Assembly (NCBI RefSeq): GCF_006345805.1
Contig: NC_043003.1
Location: 66,030,001 to 66,094,000 of the forward strand
From: Octopus sinensis
Lineage: Eukaryota
Length of the DNA: 64,000 nt
Direction of reading: 5' to 3'
The position numbers and the translations under genes are program-made. Below the pieces are notes generated by a model. That model saw nothing but the letters and a program-made list of their open reading frames with translations. It searched no databases and was not told the DNA's origin. This document shows positions 35,720 to 49,161 of this stretch, in pieces (position 1 is the first letter of the stretch; each line of letters begins with the position of its first letter).

Positions 35720-36546
35720 ACTTTGGTCAATTTCATAGGGATGTTGAAAATAAGACAGACAGAGAAAAAAGATGACTGTGGATGACTAAGAGTGATTTAA
35801 AACCGGAAGCGGAGGCTCTAATCTGTGCTGCCCAAGAGCAAGCACCAAGAACAAACTATAGAAAATACAGAACAGACAACACAGCAGAAAGTGATAAGTG
35901 CAGAATCTGTGGACAAAACGGTGAAACCGTATGGCATATTACCAGCCAATGTATGCCACTAGCCCTGAAGGAATATAAGAGACGCCACGACAATATAGCC
36001 AGGCTTGTCTATTAGACACTTTACAATAAATATGGACTTGACAGAGCAAAAATTGGTACGACCACAAATTTGAATTCATCGTCGAAAATGGAAATGCAAA
36101 GATCCTATGGGATTTTATGATTCAGTGAAACCATGTGATAGAGAATAGGAAGCCGGACATAGGGTTAATTGAGAAAGAAAACAAACTGTGCTGGATCATA
36201 GATATAGCATGTCTAGCTGACAACAAGGTATGCGATGAGGAAGGAAGAAAAGTCGAGAGATATGACAGGTTAACTTGGGAAGTTAAGCAGTTGTGGTCGA
36301 TGAAAAAGGTAGCAGTAGTGCCAATATTTGTCGGAGCCCTGGGAACAGTGAGCAAAATATCTCGAGAAGTACGTGGAACAAATAGGGACTGCAATAAGGG
36401 TGGAGCACTTGCAGAAAACAGCACTGCTTGGAACCACTCGAATACTCCAGAAGGTGCTTGAAAAATAAGATGTGTTAACTTAGTTCACTGGTAGTGAACA
36501 GCTGACATTCTATTACAACTCCAGCGTTAGAAGCTGTGCAAAGGCA
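35720..36546 (+). mobile_element. 5'-truncated R4/Dong-like non-LTR retrotransposon (zinc knuckle plus restriction-like endonuclease), pseudogenised
   Basis: LICAAQEQA; CRICGQNGETVWHITSQC; RRHDNIA; KILWDF; RKPDI; IIDIAC; VVPIFVGALG. Contains two stops and a frameshift. Confidence 0.88.
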
Positions 36547-36558
36547 ATAATAATAATG

Positions 36559-36598
<40 letters not shown>

Positions 36599-36642
36599 TA
36601 ATAATAATAATAATAATAATAGTAATAATAATAATAATTATA
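36547..36642. repeat. (TAA)n at the 3' end of the R4-like element
   Basis: Direct reading. Confidence 0.95.
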
Positions 36643-36649
36643 ACAACAT

Positions 36650-36797
36650 CGGAAAAATACCTTAGGAATGAGAACCCAAGTTCGAAATTTTCCCAGGACA
36701 CCTGATGAAGGCTGGAGAGTATATCAGCCGAAATGTTGTAGTACCAAGAAAGAAGATGAGGACAAATATCCGTCAAATGTGAATAATGTAAATAATG
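36650..36797 (+). mobile_element. Solo pLTR of the PLE-2 family
   Basis: Aligns with 30505-30635 (CCTTAG.AA.GAGA...GAAATTT.CCC.AGACACCTGATGAAGGCTGG...GATGAGGAC.AATATCCGTCAA.TGT.AATAATGTA). Confidence 0.88.
36697..36742 (+). ncRNA. Partly decayed hammerhead motif
   Basis: GACAC-CTGATGA-A-GGCTG(gagagtatat)CAGCC-GAAATGTT; CG>TG change in stem III and weakened stem I. Confidence 0.7.
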
Positions 36798-37269
36798 AAC
36801 AACGTTTAAATAAAACTAGGACACAGGAAAACAAAGTATTGTTATGATTATATTGCAAAACATCCGATCAATATCTTAAAATATAAATTTGTTTAAAGTG
36901 TTATACATGAAAATGGTGTATTCGCCTCGAAGAATGAAGAATATTCATTTGTTTGGTATTTAACTTTGCTGGATGTCTAACGTTGCCTTTTGCAATGACA
37001 AACGTTTATTTTAACACGTCGCGACAGAAATGGCTTATCGCTAACATTGCAGGAACCGTTCTCTTTGAAGATATTCCGATTGTTGTATCTTCTGATGCTT
37101 TGGGTGATTGTATTCTTGTTTCTTTCATCTTTACTAACATTCCTTTGTTTTGCATTTGAATAATTCGTATGGCTTCTGCACCTTTTGTTTTCTCTTTGAA
37201 TCTTACATATTTGCCATTATTTTCAGAAAGCTCTGTTTTGTTAATATTTCTTCTATCAGTGCTGTTTCT

Positions 37270-37400
<131 letters not shown>

Positions 37401-38488
37401 AGTTGTTGATGTTGTAGTTGTACAAGCAGTAGTAGTATTGTTGTTCATGTACTCGATGCTCCCTAGAAGTTTTATATTTATTTACATAATGTAGACACCT
37501 TTCCAATGCTTATAACCGTTGTTTACTTTTTAGTAAACTAACCAAATGCCCGTTTAATTCGGTTTGTGCTTATGTTTCTTGGATTTTGGGGGACAATAGT
37601 CTTTTGACACATTTCAGCAATTTTTATTGTCGGAAAAGGTAATTTAAAAAATGGCGACTTCTTTAACAGCCAGCTTGCTGGACGTAGACGCGTGATTTTG
37701 AAAAGAGGGTAACACCTACTTTTTACTCCTTTCGCTTTAGTCAATCAACAACGATGATTTCTCCCGCCGAAATTACAAAATCGAACGAACTTCAACTAAA
37801 TGGGTTGTAAATCCACATCGTCAATTTACTGTTGATAATAAAAATTAAAAAACAAAACAGAAAAAGACTTAGGATAGGTGATTAGTTTATGCAGAAAATG
37901 ACCACATAATTATAATGAGGCTGCTTCGAATAGAAAATATGGATTTTAACAAAGGAAGGGTAACATGGAGTTAGGAAAAGCATTCCCCAAAGAGCGACTG
38001 CAAGACTTCCTGAAAGGCTCCTCAAAGAACCCAACCAACCTCGTCGCTGTGCCATAAGTCTCAGGGAAGTGAAAGCTTTCTTTTCTTCTGTGGCCATCGT
38101 TAACATCAGAACTGAATAGAACTGTCCAGGTGATAGAATAGGCTTGGAAACCAGGCCACCAGCTTCATGGCGTCAGGTCACTAGGTGTAGATATAGTTGC
38201 AATGATTGACACCTGAATTTTAGGGACGCACAGACTTTTCGTCTCTGGTAGAGACGACTGCATCACTCAGTAAGAGTGGACCAGGAGAAGTGGCACTAAA
38301 GACCTTGGTTTCAATGTAAAGTGAGAAGAATATCTATGGCATATTGTATAAAATGTAAGTGTATGAGGGAAAAGAGAGAGAGAGAAAGAGTGGGAGAGAG
38401 AAAAGGAGTGGGAAAAAGAGTGTTATAATTTAATTGGTGACTTTGTGAGCACACGTAGAAACGTCCAGAGAATCAACAGATTAACTCG

Positions 38489-38905
38489 AGCCAAAGCGTG
38501 GCTGTGTGGAAAGAAGCTTGCTTCCCAACCAAACAGTTTTGGGTTCAGTCCCACTGCAAGGCACATTGAACAAGTGCATTCGACTATAGCTTCGGACTAT
38601 AGCTTGTGAGCGAAATTTATAGACTGAGACTGAAAGAAGCCTTTCATACACACACATATACATGTATATCTGTATGTGTGTGTGTGTGTGCCTTTGTGAC
38701 AATGTTTGTCTCTACCACCTCTTGACAACCGGTACTTCTGTGTTTACGTTCCCTTCCCGTATCATAGCTATTCAGCAAAGAATACGTATAGAATAAATAC
38801 CAGCATTTAAGAAAAAATATAAGTACAAGAGTCGATTCGTTCGACTAGAAATTCTTCAAGGCTGTGCCCCAGCATGGCCGCAGTATAATCACTGAAACAT
38901 GTAAA
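38489..38905 (+). mobile_element. Diverged SINE-A
   Basis: GCGTGGCTGTGTGG..GGGTTCAGTCCCACTG head; GTGCCCCAGCATGGCCGCAG tail. Confidence 0.8.
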
Positions 38906-39440
38906 TTATTAAAAAAAATATAGACACCAGTATGATTGCAAATAAGTATATACAATACTTCGACAGTGTTACTGTAATGAAAGCACTTTCTCGTTACCAG
39001 ACTATTTATATCACCTTATATATATCCTTCTTTTTTTCTTTGCTCGTATGCAGCAGTTGCACTTAATGTGCGATTATGTTCTGTAGTGATGAAGTATATA
39101 ATATTTTTGCCATTTTGACCTCGATGTCACATCAAAGCCTGCTAATTCTGTGTTCGATCTCTCATTTTAGCCAGCTACAAAGTCCATCGATTCGATTAGA
39201 TGAAGGTTATCTATCTCAACAATCCGCTATAATTGTCAGATATTGATTTGTTCTTTGAAATATATAGAATGAAAAGAAATACTCAAACAAAACAACACAG
39301 GTTGAAAAATAATAGAAATAAATTCATATTTGAAAAAGTCGATAAGAATTCTCACTTGTCTCTCCACTTTATGAATTGATTTCTTATACACACACACATA
39401 CGCACGCACATGTACAAACATATAAATACGTATATAATCT

Positions 39441-39491
<51 letters not shown>

Positions 39492-39904
39492 ATATATATA
39501 AATATACATATATGCATACATACATATATACACACACACACATATATATGCATATATATATATGCATACATACACACATATTTGTGTGTATGGGCGTATA
39601 CATATATGTATGTATGTATGTATATGTATACGTATGCATTTAATAATTTATCTCAGTTTTCGATCGTCTAAATTACACTTACTCACCCTGCTGTTCGAAA
39701 ATAAACTTATTGTTGAGAAAATGATTTATATTGCTATATGCTTCATTAAAATAGTTGTAGAAAGATGATATGGTGAGAAAATGTGGAAATTAAAATTGCC
39801 ACAACATACAACAGTGATGACGGTCCGTGTCAGCCGTGGCTGGGTATATTAATACTCGCAGTGCAGACCTATTACACAATTTATCTGTCAATATTTCAAA
39901 CTGT

Positions 39905-40313
39905 AAGGCGGCGAGCTGGCAGAAACGTTAGCACGCCTGGCGAAATACTTAGAGGTATTTCGTCTGCCGTTACGTCCTGAGTTCAAATTCCGCCAAGGTC
40001 GACTTTGCCTTTCATCTTTTCGGGGTCAATTAAATAAGTACCAGTTACGCATTGGGGTCTATATAATTGACTTAATCCGTTTGTTTTGCCCTTGGTTGTC
40101 ATCTCTGTGTTTAGCCCCTTGTGGGTAGTAAAGAAATAGAAATAGGTATTTCGTCTGTCTTTACGTTCTGAGTTCAAATTCCACCGAGGTCGACTTTGCC
40201 TTTCAACCTTTCAGAGTGGATAAATTAAGTACCAGTTTTATACTGGGAACTACATAATTGACTGGTCCCCTTCCCCAAATTTTCGGGCCTTGTTCTTGGA
40301 GCAGAAAAGAATA
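39905..40313 (+). mobile_element. SINE-B dimer
   Basis: Two GAGTTCAAATTCC..AGGTCGACTTTGCCTTTCA cores; tail TTTCGGGCCTTGT..GCAGAAAAGAATA. Confidence 0.93.
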
Positions 40314-40325
40314 TTTGAATCCCTT

Positions 40326-40660
40326 AAGGCGGTGAGCTGGCAGAATCGTTTGCACGCCGGGTGAAATGCTTATCAGTATTTCGTCTGTAGCTACGTTCTG
40401 AGTTCAAATTCCGCCGAGGTCGACTTTGCCTTTCATCCTTTTGGGGTCGATTAAATAAGTACCAGTTACGCACTTAATCCGTTTGTCTGTCCTTGTCTGT
40501 CATCTCTGAGTTTAGCCCCCTGTGGGTAGTAAAGAAATAGAAATAGGTATTTCGTCTGTCTTTACGTTCTGAGTTCAAATTCAGCCGAGGTCGACTTTGC
40601 CTTTCATCGTTTTGGAGTTGATAAATTAAGTACCAGTTTTGTACTGGCTCCCTCCCCATA
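40326..40660 (+). mobile_element. Second SINE-B dimer in tandem, with deletions
   Basis: Shares the AAGAAATAGAAATAGGTAT junction variant with 39905-40313. Confidence 0.9.
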
Positions 40661-40666
40661 ATGTTC

Positions 40667-40807
40667 GCGCATAAACATCGTTCAGTTTGAGATTCGAACC
40701 TGCGATCCCCCGACCGCGAGTCCGCTGCTCTAACCACTAGGCCATGTGCCTCCACAAATGTTCCTTCTCGAGCCATGCCAGGCTCATATGGGCCGGCTTC
40801 TGGTTCC
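40667..40807 (-). mobile_element. SINE-D fragments in permuted order (tail piece upstream of head piece)
   Basis: Head at 40667-40755; tail TTCCTTCTCGAGCCATGCCAGGCTCAT from 40761. Confidence 0.8.
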
Positions 40808-41178
40808 AGTGGCGTAGTACTCATTTTTGCCATCCGAGTAGACTGGAGCAACGTCTCTATAATTACGTAGATATAATTTTCATGCTTATCGCATTTCATT
40901 TTATTAGACACATACTTGTAAATCTCATGCAATATTCTGCTCTTGACGTCATCACTTTAGCTTATTATTTCCCCTTTATTTCTACGAACATTATTATTTA
41001 TTATTGATATTTCTTTATCACTAATCCGAATTAGCCTTTGAAATTTTTACTTACCAAGCTAAATATTTTATTAATATAGATTTCTTTACCAATTTCACTG
41101 GTATATATTTCTGATTAATAGATATAATTCTAATTTCTCCTTGATCTATTTGTACTGATTTTAATAGATGTTGATAGA

Positions 41179-41260
41179 TACTCCGTCGGTTTCGAGGATG
41201 AGCATTTTGTCATTCTCTGAACTTAATTAACAACTCGTTAATTAACGTATGCGAGGTGGG
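41179..41260 (-). mobile_element. Diverged SINE-C-type tail
   Basis: Minus strand CGTTAATT.ACGAG...CTCATCCTCGAAACCGACGGAGT. Confidence 0.5.
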
Positions 41261-41812
41261 ACATATTATGTCTCATGACTGCGAATTTAGAATTGCATAT
41301 ACTAGCAATTTTAAGTTGCACGATTTCACTCACAAAACTTCTGTCAAGACGTGACAATGCCAGAAGACATTTTCAAAGTTTCCACGTAGTAGGATCATAC
41401 GTTCTTGATAATAAAAGCATTTTCTTAACCTCGCGATCACGTCTGCATCAGATACAATACGATATGATACAATTTACGTTTTTGTCTGCATGTCGGTTTC
41501 TGTTTTTCTGTTTTTAATTGCAACAAATGTCTCACATCCATTGTTCTTTTGTAAAATAATTTTTCACAAAACTTGTGTTACGATTACACACACTCATAAG
41601 CACACGCACAAGCACACACACACACACACGCACACACGTACACCCACGCACTCGAGCATTCTAATACATGCATATATTTCTGAAGCAATCTGAATTAGTT
41701 CAATGACAAAGGAACAGGAAATTATGTAACTAAGTTCATTAGCTAACAGTTGTTTCTGCTATCAGTGGATGCGTTCTCAGAGTTGAGTGCTTTTGCATTA
41801 TCTTACAGCTTT

Positions 41813-42206
41813 TAAGGAGGCGAGCTGGCAGAAACGTTAGCACGCCGGACGAAATGCGTAGCCGTACCGCGTCTGCCGTTACGTTTTGAGTTCAAATTCC
41901 GCCGAGGTCGACTTTACCTTTCATCCATTCGGGGTCGATTAAATAATTACAAGTTACGCACTGGGGTCGATATAATCGACTTAATCCGTTTATATAACCT
42001 TGTTTGTCCTCTCTGTGTTTAGCCCCTTGTGGGTAGTAAAGAAATAGGTATTTCATCTGTCTTTACGTTCTGAGTTCAAATTCCACTGAGGTCGATTTTC
42101 ATCCTTTATGGGCTCGATAAATTAAGTACTAATTTCGTACTGGGGTCGATCTAATCGACTAGCCCCCTCCCTCAAAATTTCAGGCCTTGTGCCGATTGTA
42201 GAAAAT
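41813..42206 (+). mobile_element. SINE-B dimer flanked by one TSD
   Basis: ATTATCTTACAG at 41797-41808 and 42207-42218. Confidence 0.93.
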
Positions 42207-42502
42207 ATTATCTTACAGTTTCTATAGTCTTTAAAATGAAAAGTATACTTAATTCGAAAAAACATCTACATGTCTGCATAAATCTCTTCCTCTCTCACTT
42301 CTACTATTACTCTCTCTCTTTCTTTCTCTCTCTCTCTATTTCTCTCTCTATCTCTCTCTATATATCTCTCCTTACACAACTCATTTTTATTATATCACTT
42401 TCCTTTATCAGCGTGTGCCATTTTTGCCTTAATCATAGTAAGAGCCGAACTAGATTTATTGAAATTCATGTGATATCGGATGTTACCAGATAATATACTA
42501 AT

Positions 42503-42831
42503 TTTGAGACCCCCTTCAGTCATGACTGACCGTGGGGTTACACCTAGAAAGTTACCCTCCCCGGCACAAGTCTGGTCAAGGTTGTTTATAGAAGACCAGC
42601 AGTCGCCCATACATACCGGCCTCTCCTCTCCACGCATCCGAGGGAAAGGCAAAGGCTAATACAGCTTGGCACCTGTGACGTCACAACTCATTTCTACAGC
42701 TGAGAGAACTGGAGCATCGTGAAATAAAGTGTCTTGCTCAAGAACACAACACGCAGCCCGGTCCGGGATTCGAACTCACAGCCTCACGATGGTAAGCTCG
42801 ACGCTCTAACCACTGAGCCATGTGCCTTCAC
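42503..42831 (-). mobile_element. SINE-G, full length with TSD
   Basis: Head GTGAAGGCACATGGCTCAGTGGTTAGAGC..GAGTTCGAATCCC; core TTGAGCAAGACACTT; TSD AATATACTAAT at 42492-42502 and 42832-42842. Confidence 0.92.
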
Positions 42832-43140
42832 AATATACTAATAGTATAGATAATATACATGCGTCATTCCTCCAATCTTAATAAAACTAATAATGTACTT
42901 AAGTGGTTTTTAAATGATAGCAACAGAAGAGACATTGTATGATTGATTGACTTTCCTTTTAGATTCCATTGCGAAATATTACTGAAAGATTCCACGAGAT
43001 AATATCTACGTATGACAACTAAACTGAGAAGTCATTTAATTGCAGATTCATCCTCCTGAAAATTCAAGGCCAACATTCCTCCCAACCAAATTCTTCTTCA
43101 TTAAAAAAAGAAAAAGGAACAGATGCGTTAGATAATGCTC

Positions 43141-43343
43141 TTTTACTCATTTACTTGTTTCAGTCATTTGGCTGAGGCCATGCTGGAGCTCCGCCTTTAG
43201 TCGAGCAAATCGACCCCAGGACTTACTTTTTGTAAGCCTATCGTTTCCTTTTGCCGCTAAGTTACGGGGATGTAATCACACCAGCATCGGTTGTCAAGCG
43301 ATGTTGGGAGGAAAACACAGACACACAAAAATACACACACACG

Positions 43344-43390
<47 letters not shown>

Positions 43391-43553
43391 GACGGGCTTC
43401 TTTCAGTTTCCGTTTACGAAATCCACTCACAAGGCTTTGGTCGACCCGAGGCTATAGTAGAAGACACTTGCCCAAGGTGCCACACAGTGAAACTGAACTC
43501 GGAACCATGTGGCTAGTAAGGAAACTACTTACCACACAGCCACTCCTACGCCT
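43141..43553 (-). mobile_element. SINE-A, near full length
   Basis: Collinear with other SINE-A copies. Confidence 0.92.
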
Positions 43554-43870
43554 AATACACAACCTTAAAATAGAACGAATAATCAACACTGGAATGTCGG
43601 CCTCCATAACCCTATTTGATAATTTCGATATAATCTAGAATATTATTTACCATCAGTAGTGTTGTCAATCAAACCTGACATGAATAAAAATAGCTGTATC
43701 AGCCCGTTTTTGAATAAGAAACAAGAATACAGAAATAAATTGTCTGAGCGCTTTAAAGTTCCTGTGTTTTTTTTTTAGTTTTTTTTTAGCAAATTTATTT
43801 CTGATTTCGTTAATCTGTCTCAACTGGTTCGGTTGTGATTTCTTTCAGCACTATACCTATATGTTAACTT

Positions 43871-44220
43871 TATCTTTTAGTTATTTCAGCCTCTGGACTG
43901 CAGCCATGCTTGGGCATCGACTTTATTCTCATCAGTCTGATATTTATTCTATCGGCTTCTTTTGCGGAACGCTAAGTTATAGGAAAGTAAACAAAGCAAC
44001 CACGGCTGTCGAGTGGTGCAGTGACAAATAGGGGCACAAAGGCACACACACAAACGACGGGCTTCCACACAATTTCCGTCGACTAATTTCATTCAAAAGG
44101 TATTAGTCAGTACAATGCCATAGTAGAAGACATTTGCCCGAGGTGCCGCGTAACGGGGCTGAACCCAAGTCCACCTGATTGTAAAGCGAGTTTATTAAAC
44201 ACACATCCATACCAGCACCT
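43871..44220 (-). mobile_element. Old SINE-A
   Basis: GACGGGCTTC, TAGTAGAAGACATTTGCCCGAGGTGCC, GCTGAACCC. Confidence 0.75.
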
Positions 44221-44691
44221 AAATATTTGATCGCATGTAGATCAGTACGTAAGGGACGGATTCAGAAATGTGTAAATATCACAGAACGAGATTAAAATCA
44301 ACAATTAGGGCATGAACAAATAGTGAGAAACAGTGACAACAACAGCGAGATGATGCTAAATTATCACCAGCAGCTAAGGGGAGATAAGAAGACGTAGAAT
44401 AAACGAATCGTCGTCAACGAGAGACATATCTGAAGTTAAGAAACACAGCAAAAATAACAGAAGTAATTAATAGATATAAACAATATGGGGGCAGCTCAAT
44501 GAATTATGTTGTAATTCTATATCGAAAGGAAATAGCAGCGAATGAGGGTTGTGAAAACTTTTGTGTGTTTCCCAGATTGGACAGTAATTTAATTACAAAG
44601 CTGTTTATTTTTCGAGCAGATTGGCTTATTAACAAACTTAGAACTTCTATTAAATCGTTAATGTTCCGACTTTCATATCTCAGCAGCTTTG

Positions 44692-44817
44692 TATACATAC
44701 ATACATACACACATACATACATACATACATACATACATACATACATACATACATACATACATACATACATACATACATACATACATACATACATGCATGC
44801 ATGCATACATACATACA
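44692..44817. repeat. (TACA)n microsatellite
   Basis: Direct reading. Confidence 0.95.
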
Positions 44818-45130
44818 TCTTAAAGATGGAGCTTTGTATCTTTGTTGGAAAACGGCTTCCTCTTCAGTGGAACATTATTAAAATAAATAATTTTCAACTG
44901 TAGTTAAAATGTTTCTTTTAAGCAAAGGGTAAATAAAAATTGGGAAAGAATTCAGCTTTAGAGCATTAATACGAATGTTAAACCAAAACGTACATAACCT
45001 CTATTATAAACTGATATAGACCGTTAAAATTGCACATGTTACTAGAATAATTCTATCTGTATACGAAGGTGTAACAAAATGTCCTCTGTATTACATGGGA
45101 AACATTTGGGGTGGCAGGTTGTATTTATTA

Positions 45131-45735
45131 CTAGCAGTATAACCCGACTTTGCCTGGGATTAAGTTAAGATTATTAAGCTAATCAAGTTCTTTATTTCAA
45201 ACCAAACTAAGTAATATCGACGTCAAATTTGGCGAAATCCGTTGAAATTGGTCTCTCTATATATATATATACATATATGGGCAACGCACACGCACACGCA
45301 CACACACAGACACACACACATGCACATACATACAAGTACGTGCGTACACCTATTGCATACATGCTTTTGTATGCATACATGCTCGTGTGTGTGTGTGTGT
45401 GTTGCCCGTATAGCAACTAAACACTTTTTTCGTCGATGGAAAAAAAACGACAAAAGTTTAAACAAAAACTTACTCGTCGCTACAAGGGGACTTAACTCCT
45501 GTTTGCAAACAATGGTGATTTCTCTGACTTGAAAATTGTTAAAAGTTTTGAATGAAAATATATTTTTACTGCTATTCGCTGGTGCCTCTGGTAAAAAAAT
45601 ATGCTGACGAAAATACAGCTTATATCATGACGAATGTCCTCCTAAAATTGGAGCGACTTGCATGCTAATTTGAAGATGTGCATAAATTACATTCACGTAC
45701 ACACACACACACATCCTGCCTTTTATATATACAGA
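45131..45735 (-). mobile_element. Complete non-autonomous Helitron (605 bp)
   Basis: Minus strand begins A|TCTGTATATATAAAA and ends with a decayed hairpin CCCAGGCAAAGTCGGG..CTAG|T; A/T insertion site, no TSD. Confidence 0.8.
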
Positions 45736-46685
45736 TAAACATAGCATTCTCACACTGATTCAGCCGCCAGTTTTTCACAATGTGAATGACATTGATTTGA
45801 GATATCACATTGGTTCTACCAGCTTGTTGGTAAAAGTTTGTAATGTATCAGGGATAAAAGCTGAACTTTCTTTGAATTGCATCACACAAACAATCCCCTT
45901 CTTGGTGCTTTCCTACACTGGAATGTTTGAAAAAAATGTCTGAAGTGTCTTGTTATTGGTGCTGGATAATTTTGGTTTAATACAGAAGCAAGAACTGTTC
46001 CGGATTTTGCTTAGCCGTCCTGGCCTTTAATTAAACTCATTTGATTCATTCCAAATTTTCACTTGAGAATAATCTGAATATTTCTGGGATGGAGCTTCTG
46101 ACATTTATTGATTTAACACCCCACCACCAGCTCCACCACAACCACCACCACCACCATGACCACCACCAAAACAACCACCACTATATACACTCATTCTCTC
46201 AAGGCTGCTGATTAGTTTCGATTAAATTTCTTGTTAATCATTTTACTTTCAGCTCCTTTACTCTCATGTCCAATGTTTTCACTGACAGCTTTCACTTGGT
46301 GTTTTGAAAATGATTTATCTGTATTTAAGTGTTCTCCTTTTGGTACCTCCAAACATTTTTTGCATTTTACGTTCTCTCTTTGTTGACGGAATGTATTTTA
46401 TTTGTCTGTTTGTATCTGAAAATCAACGCCACGTGACTTGATACTTTTTCGCAGATCGACGATCGTAAATGGAAAAGCGGATCAAAACCCTGAATGGAAC
46501 ACTTTTATAGTTTAACCTTCCTGTAATTCTTCTCGATCTTCAGGGTGGCATTTTACAGTTTTACTGCTTTATTCCCAAATACAGGTCGTTTACATTGTTA
46601 GAAACATTCCCCGCTGATTTCTTTAAACGGTGTTGGTGCAAAAATATTTTTTCTTTGGTATGTGTATGACAGATAGAAGGAGAGG

Positions 46686-46717
<32 letters not shown>

Positions 46718-46873
46718 GAGAGAGAGTACATGTGTGTATATGTGTGGATGTGTTGTGTGTGTGTGTGTGTGTGCGTGTGTTTGTACGTGTGTGTGTGTAT
46801 GTGTGTGTGTTTCCATTAGACTTTTTTCTCAAGGGGTATTTTGAAATGAAATAATCACTAGAGAGACTTTATT

Positions 46874-47326
46874 AAGCTGGCTACCCGCATGGTTCATGGT
46901 CTCAAAAATTTGTCCTATGAAGAAAGGCTGAGGACGCTCGACCTTTATTCTCTAGAAATATGCCGCCGCCGTGGTGATCTCATTCTCGCCCACAACATCA
47001 TAAGCAGAAAGTGTAACCTCTCGAAAGAGCGGTTCTTCACTCCTGCTCCAGAGCGTCGGCTGCGGGGTCATTCCGAAAAGCTCTACCTGCGACGATTTCA
47101 TCTCAATCGAAGGAGAGGAGCTTTCTCCGTCCGGGTTGTGGATCCGTGGAACAAGCTGCCAGACGAGATGGTGAAGATACCGACGACCGCTTTGTTCAAA
47201 GCTTCCCTTGACCTCAAGTGGCCTAAACTCTTTACATGAACACCACCCTGTACTTAACTCCGTGTACCCCTACATGGCCTTGCTATTTGCTTTTGAGCCA
47301 AATTAAATAACTAACTAACTAACTAA
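46874..47326 (+). mobile_element. 5'-truncated CR1-clade LINE with a (TAAC)n tail
   Basis: LATRMVHGLKNLSYEERLRTLDLYSLE.RRRGDLI...RGHSEKL...FSVRVVDPWNKLP...FKASLD, stop at 47239; TAAC repeats at 47308-47326. Confidence 0.92.
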
Positions 47327-47592
47327 GAATATCCTTCAAACGTTTACACTCTTCGATTTGACAATCAGTGGAAAGTTTTACTTTCATTATGTTTTTGATA
47401 GATTCTCTGACAATATGTCGGCAGCTGATATATGTAGGTTCCGGCGTGAGGGCCAGTAAGAATTTCAGTTCTAGGTTTGCCGTTGCGGACATGCTAGGTG
47501 CGGAATAAGTTGTACAGTTTTTGCATCTTTTGCAATAAAATTGCGCTCCCCTTTTTTCCGAAATAAGAAATTACCATCACAGGCGTGGCTAT

Positions 47593-47773
47593 AGGCGCAG
47601 CCGTAGTTCTGTAGTAAGTAGTTTGTTCCCCAACCACATTGTTCGGGTTTCAGTCCCACAGCGTGGGAACTTGGACAAGTGCTTTCTACTATATTCTCGG
47701 CCCGACCAAAGCCTCCTGAGATTTGATTAACAGAAACTGAAAGAAGATTGTCGTATATATATATGTGTATATA

Positions 47774-47807
<34 letters not shown>

Positions 47808-48030
47808 CGTGCGTATATGTGCGTTTATGTTTGCGCATGTCGCCTAACACCGCTTGAGCTTGAAAACCGGAGTTTGTGTGTTTACGTCCCCTCTGCTTCG
47901 CGGTTCTACAAAAAAGACTCATAGAAGTACCAAATTTAATAATAAATAATAGTAAAAGACCTGGTGTCGATTTGTTCGACTGAATCCTTTCAAAGCGGAG
48001 CCTCAGCATGGTCGCAGTCAAATTACTGAA
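47593..48030 (+). mobile_element. Diverged SINE-A
   Basis: AGGCGCAG head, TTGGACAAGTG box, CAGCATGGTCGCAGTCAAA tail. Confidence 0.82.
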
Positions 48031-48633
48031 GGAATTATATAAAAAAAAAGATAGTAGAGAGTTCGGCAGCTTTTAATCAATGCAGCTTCTTGACGTAATT
48101 GTTTCCTTATTAAATTATATAGATTCGGATGAAGTTAATCTGCTTGTGATTTAATGGATTTCAATTCAAAAACTGACGAATCATATTTGGATATTTAATA
48201 ACAATTAAATACCTTATTATTCAGTTCAGAACACAATTTAAACACTTCAAGCTTACAATTCTTTCTATAACTGCAAATATTTGTTTACCATTCGCCCTGA
48301 TTAGTATGCGAATATTTTCGGTAGATTTGTATACGTTTTTAGACAAATTACGTTAGTAGTCATTCGGTAGTGCTGGCGTCATTTCCAGCCATGTTGTATG
48401 TAGTTGATTCCAGCAAGACAGATTTAAGTTTGTGATAGATATCGCCTCTATTTTGTCTAAATGGTTGCTATAGTGAATGCTATAGATATTCATTTCGTAT
48501 TTGAAAAGGAATGTAATTCTGGTATTAATGTTGTGGAATGCCTTCATATGATATCTACCTTCCGACATTTAGTATCGCGTCTACATGATGCGCACAAACG
48601 CATGCGCACGAACACACACACACAAAGATGCAT

Positions 48634-48680
<47 letters not shown>

Positions 48681-48720
48681 TGTGTGTGTGTGTGTGTGTG
48701 TGTGTAAATATATATATATA

Positions 48721-48766
<46 letters not shown>

Positions 48767-48895
48767 GTGTGTTGTGTGTGTGTGTGTGATTGTGTGTGTG
48801 CGTGTTTGTGTATACATATACACGTTAGACAAGTCTATTTACACTGAATATCAAATATATTTAATAGGAAAAATGTACAAGAGTATCGATATAAA

Positions 48896-49040
48896 GTAGC
48901 CCGAGGCGTTCGGCAAAAGCGATCGATAGAATAAGTACTAGGCTTACAAAGAATAAGTCTTGGTATTGATTTGTTCAACAAAAGTCGGAGCTCCAGCATG
49001 GTCGCAGTCACATGACTGAAGTAGGCAAAATAATAAAAGA
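48896..49040 (+). mobile_element. 5'-truncated SINE-A
   Basis: GTTCGGCAAAAG..GATAGAATAAGTACTAGGCTTACAAAGAATAAG. Confidence 0.85.
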
Positions 49041-49126
49041 ATATACACATATTTATACATAGAGAGAGATGGGCCCATAAATATATGCATATAGTACATG
49101 TATATCAGCGTAAATACACACACACT

Positions 49127-49161
<35 letters not shown>

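Noticed and set aside
37930-38340. Possible degenerate LINE endonuclease on the minus strand
   Set aside because: Only vague similarity; the diagnostic GDFN and SDH motifs are not recoverable
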